Assembly: GCA_046533775.1 (NCBI GenBank)
Contig: JAWDOO010000001.1
Location: forward strand, 1-32,000
From: Candidatus Nanopusillus sp.
GTDB taxonomy: Archaea > Nanobdellota > Nanobdellia > Nanobdellales > Nanobdellaceae
DNA: 32,000 nucleotides
Direction of reading: 5' to 3'
Below the pieces are notes generated by a model. The model worked only from the letters and a program-made list of their open reading frames with translations. It ran no database searches and was not told the DNA's origin. Numbering within the stretch: position 1 is the stretch's first letter; every line of letters begins with the position of its first letter. A program made the position numbers and the translations under genes. Shown here piece after piece: positions 17,018 through 24,709 of the stretch.

Positions 17018-17614
17018 ATGGTCGGCAAAATCAGAAAAATATTTGGTCTAGATAGAATAATAGGAGAATTAGGTAACAAAAATCAAGAATATATTTCACT
17101 TATGGAGGAACTAAGGAACTATTCAAAAGAAATAGTCGAAATGGCACAAAAAACATATAATATACCTGAAATAAATAAAGTCAATGTATTAATAGGTTGG
17201 GTTACCAGTACATCTGATTATGATGCTGAGCAGTACAAACACCAACAATCTATTAAAATAGACGTTCATAGTATAGATGGAATATATATATGCGAATCAG
17301 ACATGTTACATTCACCTAATGAAATTGTATGCACTCGTTATAGTGATAAATCATCATTTGTGTTACCCAATTCCGATTATTTCATACAAAATATAAAAGA
17401 TTGGTCCCAAAAGGCAGCTAAATTATATCCAGGAAAAATTAAGCATCCTGATCAATATATATCTCTATCTGCATTTACTTCTATAGATTCAAAAAATCCA
17501 ATAATATCGAATCCAGAAGTAAATATAGTTAAAGTAGATAAAGATCTTTATAGAGTTGACTATAAAGATAAAGAGAATGGATTTCATAGCTGGATGACTT
17601 ATGGCCTTTTATGA
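17018..17614 (+). CDS. Uncharacterised protein, paralog 3 of the tandem family (divergent N-terminus, lacks the first Cys pair)
   Basis: 198 aa. IYICESDMLHSPNEIVCTRYSDKSSFVLPNSDYFIQNIKD...LYPG...SNPEV aligns with paralogs 1 and 2. Its 3' end is altered by a 53-bp insertion (see findings). Confidence 0.7.
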   Translation: MVGKIRKIFGLDRIIGELGNKNQEYISLMEELRNYSKEIVEMAQKTYNIPEINKVNVLIGWVTSTSDYDAEQYKHQQSIKIDVHSIDGIYICESDMLHSPNEIVCTRYSDKSSFVLPNSDYFIQNIKDWSQKAAKLYPGKIKHPDQYISLSAFTSIDSKNPIISNPEVNIVKVDKDLYRVDYKDKENGFHSWMTYGLL

Positions 17615-17688
17615 CGAGTTTGAGTTTTTGGCAGATCTAATACTGAGATGACTGTGCTCTTTTATGGATTTAAGTTATAATTTTTTAG

Positions 17689-17715
17689 CCTTTATTAGTT
17701 TTTTTATTTCAAAAA
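17689..17715 (+). terminator. Conserved downstream module, copy D3
   Basis: CCTTTATTAGTTTTTTTATTTCAAAAA, close to D1. Confidence 0.45.
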
Positions 17716-17824
17716 GTTTATATTATTCTAACAAATTAGAAGAACAAATTTTCTTAATTGATAATTTTACAAGATATTTAATAAAATATTATAAAATTAA
17801 TTGATATGACAAATTACATAATTC

Positions 17825-19159
17825 TTATATTTGATACATTATATTTTCTAAATCTTTTAAATCAAATAGATATAAATTATTCTCTTTAATTCTTTCTTTA
17901 AAACTTTTTGCAAATATTATATAATATTTATTTTTCATATCTAAATTTATATATTCGGATTTTTCCTTTAAATTTTCTAATATTTCCTTTGGATTTATAT
18001 TATCAGAATATTTACATTCTATTAAATATATATCTTTTGTATTTTCATTATATGCAACTAAATCTATTTCTTTATCTTTATACCACCATTTTCCAATTTT
18101 TGTAAATTTAAATAATTTGCTTTTTATTAAAAATTGTTTTGCTATACCTTCAAAAACATATCCCAAATATCTGTTATAATCATTTTTAATATTGTTAATA
18201 TCAAATATACCCTCTTCTATAGAACTTAAATTTGGATAAATATATCTAAACCAAAATCTAATAAAGTTATCATTTATATAATATCTACCTGCTCTAGAAT
18301 TTATTTTTTGATCTATTGGAACAATTCTTTTTATTAATTCTATTTCAATTAAATTTTTTAAATATGGACTCAAATCTGTTCTTTCAACTTTTATATAATC
18401 TTTAATTTCTTTTATAGTATTTTTACCAAATGAAATAGCTTCTAAAATTGATTTATATAAACTTAGATTTTCGAATTCATATCTCATTAAAAAATCTACT
18501 TCATCTAATATAAATGTTTTCTCTTTTAATTCTTTATCTAACCAATCCCAAAAATTTCCATTTATTTTTGATAGATAATAAGGATTTCCATCAGCAAATC
18601 CATATATTTCTATTAATTCTAAAATATTTTTATCTGGAAAGAATTCTTTTAAATCAAAAAAAGATATTGATTTTAATTTATATGTTAATGTTCTCCTACC
18701 ATATAAAGGACTTTTATAACTTAAAACTTTTGATTTTATCATTGATATTGATGATCCGATTATTATTAATTTTATTTTAGAATTTTTTAATATATTATCA
18801 ACAATATTTTGGAAAATATTTAATATATTTTTATCCTCTTTTATTAAATTTTGAAATTCATCAATAATTATAATATCTACTTTATCTTTTAAAAAATCAA
18901 ACAATATTTCCCAATCTTTTTTATATTTATTTAATTCTGGAAAATAATTTAAACATAAATTATAAAATCTATCCAAATTATTCTTTTCTAAAGCTAAATA
19001 ATATATTCTCCTCATTTTTTCTGTAGCTTTTAATACCAATTCTGTCTTACCAATTCTCCTTCTACCATAAATTATTATGAATTCAAATTTGTCACTATTT
19101 AAATATTTATTAAGTGAGGTTAATTCTTCTTTTCTATCTTTGAAATTTTGTATAATCAT
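17825..19159 (-). CDS. Archaeal AAA+ ATPase with C-terminal DUF234 (restriction-endonuclease-like) domain (COG1672 type)
   Basis: Walker A GRRRIGKT and Walker B IIIIDEFQ. The C-terminal region FEGIAKQF...EIDLVAYNENTKDIYLIECKY fits the DUF234 D/E..ExK-like pattern. Confidence 0.85.
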   Translation of the reverse strand: MIIQNFKDRKEELTSLNKYLNSDKFEFIIIYGRRRIGKTELVLKATEKMRRIYYLALEKNNLDRFYNLCLNYFPELNKYKKDWEILFDFLKDKVDIIIIDEFQNLIKEDKNILNIFQNIVDNILKNSKIKLIIIGSSISMIKSKVLSYKSPLYGRRTLTYKLKSISFFDLKEFFPDKNILELIEIYGFADGNPYYLSKINGNFWDWLDKELKEKTFILDEVDFLMRYEFENLSLYKSILEAISFGKNTIKEIKDYIKVERTDLSPYLKNLIEIELIKRIVPIDQKINSRAGRYYINDNFIRFWFRYIYPNLSSIEEGIFDINNIKNDYNRYLGYVFEGIAKQFLIKSKLFKFTKIGKWWYKDKEIDLVAYNENTKDIYLIECKYSDNINPKEILENLKEKSEYINLDMKNKYYIIFAKSFKERIKENNLYLFDLKDLENIMYQI

Positions 19160-19426
19160 AATTATACTAATTGTAATTATACATATATAAAGTTTATTAT
19201 CATTTAACTTACCCTTTATATTAAATTAGAAAAATATAACGCAAAATTATGGCTTAAGATAACATATATCCAAAGGATTAAAAAAGTATATGATTTTAGT
19301 ATTTACTTTCATAAATTTATTAACTTCTTTATTTCATTTCCATATTTATTTAAAATATCTCTTAATTTTTTATTTGCATCTAATAATTAATTTACATTAA
19401 TTTTGGTAATTATCGATAATTAACAA

Positions 19427-20212
19427 TTAGAAATTATATTTCTTATATCTTTTTCTCCTATTTCTACTGTTCTGATTATATATTTGAATACTTTGACCAA
19501 AAATTCTATTTAAATTTTCTGCATATTGCCTACATTGGCTATAAATCTTATTCAAATGTTTTCTGAGTTCTTTTAATAGATGAGGACATCTAAAGAATAA
19601 AGCTAAAATAATTGCCATGTAAATAATAACAAAAACAAAAACAACATCATAAATATAATACAAAATTTTTGATATCCAGCTAAATCCAGTCGCCCAGCCT
19701 ATAATACCATATAAAATTAATATTTGCAAAGCTAAATACACTGTAAGAAATATAAAAAATTCAAGTATGACTCTCCCAACTTTTTTAATGCTAAATCTTT
19801 TATATATATAGTATAAATAAAATGTCATTATAAGTGAGATTGTTATGATAAATATCCATACGTAGGTATGTATATTATTATTGCCAACTATAAATTTACC
19901 ATGCAAATATGAAGTTAAAAAATTATAAAGATAAACAATGTATATAATCACAAATACTAAAATAAATATAAAAAAGTATATAATCAAATAGCATGGTAAA
20001 TTTGCTATTTCTTTAATATCATTAGAAATTGCATCACATCTAGCTTTAAATATTATTTCATAAATTATTTCATAATCCTCTTTAAAATAATTTATAATTC
20101 TTAAGTAATGAATTATATCTTTTATATTATTCTTAAAATCATCAATATAATCATTTAGATGATTATATGTATCCCTCATAATACTTTTAAGGCTTTCAAG
20201 AAAGTCAATCAT
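19427..20212 (-). CDS. Hypothetical polytopic membrane protein (helical N-terminal domain, about 5 TM, basic tail)
   Basis: 261-aa ORF with several long hydrophobic segments and the C-terminus NQNSRNRRKRYKKYNF. A TATA-like ATTTATAAAGG ends 21 nt upstream of the ATG. Confidence 0.55.
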   Translation of the reverse strand: MIDFLESLKSIMRDTYNHLNDYIDDFKNNIKDIIHYLRIINYFKEDYEIIYEIIFKARCDAISNDIKEIANLPCYLIIYFFIFILVFVIIYIVYLYNFLTSYLHGKFIVGNNNIHTYVWIFIITISLIMTFYLYYIYKRFSIKKVGRVILEFFIFLTVYLALQILILYGIIGWATGFSWISKILYYIYDVVFVFVIIYMAIILALFFRCPHLLKELRKHLNKIYSQCRQYAENLNRIFGQSIQIYNQNSRNRRKRYKKYNF

Positions 20213-20303
20213 AACTATACAGTTACAAAATCCTTTATAAATATTTGGAGACTATCAAAAATCTAAAAATTTGTTATTAACTTACTTAGCCATGATTAAT
20301 CTT

Positions 20304-20350
20304 ATCAAAACTTCCATCAAAACCACATCTATTCAAAACCCCTTCAAAAC
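20304..20350. repeat. Array of four TCAAAAC (reverse strand GTTTTGA) heptamers; a fifth copy lies at 20500..20506
   Basis: Heptamers at 20305-11, 20317-23, 20333-39 and 20344-50. The 12-mer ATCAAAACTTCC is repeated exactly at 20304-15 and 20499-510. Confidence 0.6.
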
Positions 20351-20510
20351 AATGACGGATAATTTCTGTTATCCGACATAACTAAGCCAACAATAACTTT
20401 AGATATGATATTTTTAGAACTGCGACAAAATTAAGTTAAAGTATGATACAGGTTCTTTAATTGTTAATAGTCAATATTATTCCTCTGAGACAAACTACAT
20501 CAAAACTTCC

Positions 20511-20885
20511 TCAAATTAGGATTAAATTTAATTCGTCAAATTTTTCTTTAACTTTTAAGAAATCAGAGTCCTTAGTTACTAAAATTAATCTCTTATTTAT
20601 TGCTTGAGCTGATATTAATATATCGAAACTTCCAATTAACTTTCCTCTATCTTTTAATTTCTTATAAATTTGTGAACCTATTATCGCATCCTTCTTAGTA
20701 GGGTTTATGATTTTAAACCCTGATAGAAAATCAAGGATTTCACTTTCCTTAACCTTACCTAACAAGATTTCATATACAGTTAAAGAACTTGCGTAGAAGT
20801 CCTCTGAATTTAAAATAACTTCCTTTACTTTTTTATTACTTCTTAAATAATAAATAATTGCCGAGCTTTCTATTAATAATTTCAT
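20511..20885 (-). CDS. vapC: PIN-domain ribonuclease toxin VapC
   Basis: 124 aa. Acidic residues follow PIN spacing (LLIESSAII, VYEILLG, SFDILISAQAI, LVTKDSDF). A vapB-type gene lies immediately upstream. Confidence 0.85.
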   Translation of the reverse strand: MKLLIESSAIIYYLRSNKKVKEVILNSEDFYASSLTVYEILLGKVKESEILDFLSGFKIINPTKKDAIIGSQIYKKLKDRGKLIGSFDILISAQAINKRLILVTKDSDFLKVKEKFDELNLILI

Positions 20886-21075
20886 CGCTCTTTTTTCTCA
20901 TTTCTTTAATTTCCCTCTCCAGTTCTTCATCCTTTTCTTCACTTAATATACCAAAATATTTCTCCAACTTTTTCCTCCTCAAACTTAATGATTTCTCTAT
21001 TAACTCCTCAATTATATCACTAAAGCTTTTATCACCTTTTATCTCATTCAACTTTCTGTATACATCATCCATCAT
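20836..21075 (-). CDS. vapB: VapB-type antitoxin (archaeal 'putative antitoxin' family, SFSD motif)
   Basis: DDVYRKLNEIKGDKSFSDIIEELIEK...FGILSEEKDEELEREIKEMRKK matches the small archaeal antitoxins paired with PIN toxins. It overlaps vapC by an unusual 50 nt. Confidence 0.78.
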   Translation of the reverse strand: MMDDVYRKLNEIKGDKSFSDIIEELIEKSLSLRRKKLEKYFGILSEEKDEELEREIKEMRKKSDEIINRKLGNYLLFKK

Positions 21076-21487
21076 TAATTGCTTTCATAATATATTATAA
21101 TAGGTAGATAAATTTTTAGATAAGTATATTTTCACATATACTTTATACATATGATATTCCTCTTAATTATCATTGGAAGCCTATTAAATGAAATAACAAC
21201 ATAATTACAATATTTAATATAAGAAAAATAAATAAAAAGTGCTTATAACAATAAAAAATTTAAATAATTAAAAAATACAAAACAATTATCTAATATATAA
21301 GTAGCTTTTTAATAAATTATATATTATTTGTCATATTAGGTGGTTTCTCTAATAAACAATTCATTATCCAACTTAACATGGCGTATTTTGCATTAAGTGT
21401 TTTAGCTATTTCCATATAATCGCTAAGTATCATATTGAATGTTTTAGTTATTTCTACATAATAATCTTTAGATAAAAATTTAAGTTT

Positions 21488-22156
21488 TTATATCATATCT
21501 TTAATATTTAATTTAGGAGATTCTTTGTTCTTATTTAATATACTTTCATAAGCATATATAATATTATTTGCAAAACATGAGCCAAAAGAATATGGTGCTA
21601 AAGGCGAACCCAATGAATAGGATGATGATGGATTCTCCTTCTTTATATATTTTTCGCATATTTCTACATTTTCTTCCATAATTTTATACACTTCAGGATA
21701 TTTATATAATTCATTTTTATAGAAGTATACCAAAAATTCAAATGCAGAAGTTCTCCATTCATCGCCAACTATAGAATGCCCAATTTCATGAGTTACTATT
21801 GAATCTGTAACAGCATTTGCTATAATCTTTTCTATATCATTATCATTTTTATATACTGGCCATAATATTCCATTATGATATATAGAAACTAGATTACCAA
21901 TAAAAATTTTATTTGGATCATTTATATCTCTATTTATAACTTCTCTTAATCTATTCTTTATAATATGGACTTCATTTTTCATTCGATCATATTCTCCAAC
22001 ATGAATTCTAGGGTTTGTTCCATATTTTTGTTGATATTCTTCATATGATTCTAGAGTTACTAATGATAATTTTTCTTCAACCTGTATATTATTCTTTTTA
22101 AGATATTCTATAGTCCCATCAAAACTATTTTTTATAATACTAGCCAATTCATCCAT
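21488..22156 (-). CDS. Hypothetical HExxH zinc-metallopeptidase-like protein
   Basis: 222-aa ORF with IVTHEIGHSIVGDEW. No signal peptide or TM helix. I do not recognise the family. Confidence 0.55.
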   Translation of the reverse strand: MDELASIIKNSFDGTIEYLKKNNIQVEEKLSLVTLESYEEYQQKYGTNPRIHVGEYDRMKNEVHIIKNRLREVINRDINDPNKIFIGNLVSIYHNGILWPVYKNDNDIEKIIANAVTDSIVTHEIGHSIVGDEWRTSAFEFLVYFYKNELYKYPEVYKIMEENVEICEKYIKKENPSSSYSLGSPLAPYSFGSCFANNIIYAYESILNKNKESPKLNIKDMI

Positions 22157-22422
22157 TATATAGATATTAATAAAAAATTTACAAATATTTATTATTTAAA
22201 ATTTAGTACATTCAAAAATATATTTTGTTATTTTTTAAGCTGGGATAATAATTCATTATTAATGTTAGAATTAATACTTATAATAATGTTTAGGAGCATT
22301 ACACAAAACAAGTTTTTATTATCTCCATAATCTCTTTCTATAAATTTTTATTTATCTTAGGTAACTAATATATAAGTAATTTTTATAATGAGTATATCAA
22401 CATATAAAAAATCGTCTAAATT

Positions 22423-23544
22423 CTATATTATTAATGCAATTCCTGTAATTAAATAGATAATTCCAAGAGTTATATAAGCAACAGCTTTTATAAGGAACTC
22501 ATTTCGATAAAAATTTGATAAATGAACTTCCAAAATTCCTGTAGACATATCTGGAACTGTAACTTTTACTGGTTTCATATTTATCATTTCCCCAGTATCT
22601 GCAAATCCTCCAACAATTGTATAATCTTCATTAATTGGAATATATTGTTCTACTAAATACAAATGATTTTGTCTATAATAGGTCCATGAATTTATTTTTA
22701 CTCCTAATTTATTATGAAGTATAGAATTTTCTAATTCCACATCGGGTATATACCTTTTTAAATTTCTTATTATACTATTCCCTATTATAAATTTATAATT
22801 TTTTATATAGGAAAGATTTGCTTGAGTATTATTATTTGCAGCATATTTTATATATTGTAAAATTTCATCACTAATTCTTTTAGCATCATTAAAATTTGAT
22901 AATTTTATTTTATGATTTTGCAAATTATTTGGTATTATTTCAATTATGTTTGTTCTTACTTCAACAGTTGGTGCCTTTTCTAAATCTACTGCTGAAAAAC
23001 CAGTTCCATCCGTAAATAATGTTGGTATTCCTACATCAAAACCATCTACAAAATATGATCTCCGATTTGAATTATTATTGCTTCCTCTAGATTGTACGTA
23101 AAAAGTGGAAATAGAATAGTATATACAATCCTGCCCACTAATTGGGGTTTTCAAAGGTTGAAATCCGTAAGGTATAAATCTTCCTTTAACCTTATCTAAA
23201 CCATAAGTTGCAATATGAATTTTAGAAACTGGAGTATTATTTAAAATATTATGTATTATATATCTCTTAAAACCTCTAATAATTAAAAAAAGCGATATTG
23301 ATATTAAAATAATGAATAATGGTAACTTAAATGGAATATTTATGAACTGAAATATAAAAATATAAAAAATCATAAAAAACGCAAAATAAAAACCATCATA
23401 ATTCTTTGCTTTAATATCTTTTGCATATGGGGGTATATAATTATGATATATTGTCCTAGTACTTGACAAATTTTTAACATGAGGTGTTTGTTGTAAATAA
23501 CCTAGATTTCTAAGATTTAAAAAAATAATACGGTTTTGTTGCAT
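22423..23544 (-). CDS. GIDE-domain membrane protein (prokaryotic homolog of the MUL1/GIDE region)
   Basis: N-terminal TM pair, then NNTPVSKIHIATYGLDKVKGRF...PLKTPISGQDCIYYS...FTDGTGFSAVDLEKA, then a C-terminal TM helix. This is the GIDE pattern (T.I..l..G.v.i.G...P..sP.sg..CvyY). Starts 2 nt after lemA. Confidence 0.68.
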   Translation of the reverse strand: MQQNRIIFLNLRNLGYLQQTPHVKNLSSTRTIYHNYIPPYAKDIKAKNYDGFYFAFFMIFYIFIFQFINIPFKLPLFIILISISLFLIIRGFKRYIIHNILNNTPVSKIHIATYGLDKVKGRFIPYGFQPLKTPISGQDCIYYSISTFYVQSRGSNNNSNRRSYFVDGFDVGIPTLFTDGTGFSAVDLEKAPTVEVRTNIIEIIPNNLQNHKIKLSNFNDAKRISDEILQYIKYAANNNTQANLSYIKNYKFIIGNSIIRNLKRYIPDVELENSILHNKLGVKINSWTYYRQNHLYLVEQYIPINEDYTIVGGFADTGEMINMKPVKVTVPDMSTGILEVHLSNFYRNEFLIKAVAYITLGIIYLITGIALII

Positions 23545-23546
23545 AT

Positions 23547-24113
23547 TTAAAATTGTAACCTTGTAGATACATCTTGTTTTTCTTCCTCTGGTACTTTATA
23601 TAGAGGCATTGGTCTTATACCAGCTATACTAGCGACAATATTATATGGTACTTGTTGTATTCTTGTATTTAATAAAGTTACTGCTTCATTATAAAATTCT
23701 CTTGCATCTGCCAATTGTGATTCTAACTCCATAATTGCTTGTTGTAATTGTATTACATTTTGATTTGATCTTAATTGTGGATAATTTTCCATTACTGCAA
23801 ATAGATATCTAAAAGCTCCTGTAATTTGATTTGATAAATTTATTTTTGATTGTATATCATTTGATGGTAAATTCATATATTGAGTTCTCATTTGTGTTAA
23901 TCTTTCAAGAACTGTTCTTTCATATACTAAATAACTACTTACTGTTTCTACTAATTTTGCCAATGCATCATGTCTCTTTTGCAATAATACATCTATATCA
24001 TACCATGCCTTTTCTGCATTTTTCTTTAATGCTATTAGAGAATTATACATTGCTATAAAAAATCCTACTAATAATATTAAAATTACTACTAGAATAATAA
24101 GCCAAACCTCCAT
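23547..24113 (-). CDS. lemA: LemA family membrane protein
   Basis: N-terminal TM helix plus WYDIDVLLQKRHDALAKLVETV...ERTVLERLTQMR...YPQLRSNQN...LQ..I.E.E..LA.AR..YN, the typical LemA pattern. Confidence 0.9.
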   Translation of the reverse strand: MEVWLIILVVILILLVGFFIAMYNSLIALKKNAEKAWYDIDVLLQKRHDALAKLVETVSSYLVYERTVLERLTQMRTQYMNLPSNDIQSKINLSNQITGAFRYLFAVMENYPQLRSNQNVIQLQQAIMELESQLADAREFYNEAVTLLNTRIQQVPYNIVASIAGIRPMPLYKVPEEEKQDVSTRLQF

Positions 24114-24298
24114 AAAAGGAATAAAAATTTTGTTATTTTTAAAATTTTTTAATGTTATAATATAAATATTATAAAGAATAATAAAATAGTTATTTTAAAT
24201 AAAAATTTTTTAATTCTCTAATAGATTTGAAAAAATCTTTTGTTTCAATGAAATCGATGATCTATCTTTATATGAAAATTTTAAAAATATAGAAAACT

Positions 24299-24709
24299 TT
24301 ATGGTGCTGCCTGAAGATTAGAAAATAAACCACCAAGGACAAAATAACTAATAGCAGTAAACATTAGACCTAAGATCACTATTATACCAAAAGCTATTAC
24401 GTTAGCTATGATTAGCATAACAAAAGTTTTTATCCAATCTATATCGAACAAATACTTATAGATAGCTAGAGTTATTACAAAACCTATAATAAGACCTGTG
24501 ATAAATACTACAAAATTATGTGCTGTTACAAAATTTATTATAAAAGATATTATATCTGCAATTAAGGTAACAATCAGAACTCTTAAAAAAGGTACATTTA
24601 TTTTAATAATCCTAGCAGCTAAGTAAATAGATACAGAAGATATAAACCATATAACTATAAAAAATACTATGATTGCAACAATACCTAATGCCAGAAATCC
24701 TGCAAACAT
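24299..24709 (-). CDS. Hypothetical small polytopic membrane protein (about 4 TM)
   Basis: 136-aa ORF that is almost entirely hydrophobic helices. Same strand as lemA and upstream of it. Confidence 0.5.
   Translation of the reverse strand: MFAGFLALGIVAIIVFFIVIWFISSVSIYLAARIIKINVPFLRVLIVTLIADIISFIINFVTAHNFVVFITGLIIGFVITLAIYKYLFDIDWIKTFVMLIIANVIAFGIIVILGLMFTAISYFVLGGLFSNLQAAP

Noticed and set aside
17611-17650. ATGACGA ... CTGAGATGAC inside the 53-bp insertion, considered as a possible C/D box sRNA.
   Set aside because: The box order and spacing do not fit. It is 25 nt from the C-like box to CTGA, D'-like and C'-like elements abut without a loop, and there is no terminal D. I judged the motif resemblance to be chance.
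19168-19176. TTACAATTA (reverse strand) just upstream of the ATPase start. This matches the core of the paralog upstream modules and hints at co-regulation.
   Set aside because: A 9-mer of this composition is expected a few times by chance in 32 kb on both strands. It also sits at a different distance from the ATG than in the cassettes.
20442-20488. ATGATAC ... CTGA in the vapC-downstream spacer, considered as a possible sRNA.
   Set aside because: It spans only 47 nt with no internal D'/C' boxes and non-canonical guide lengths.
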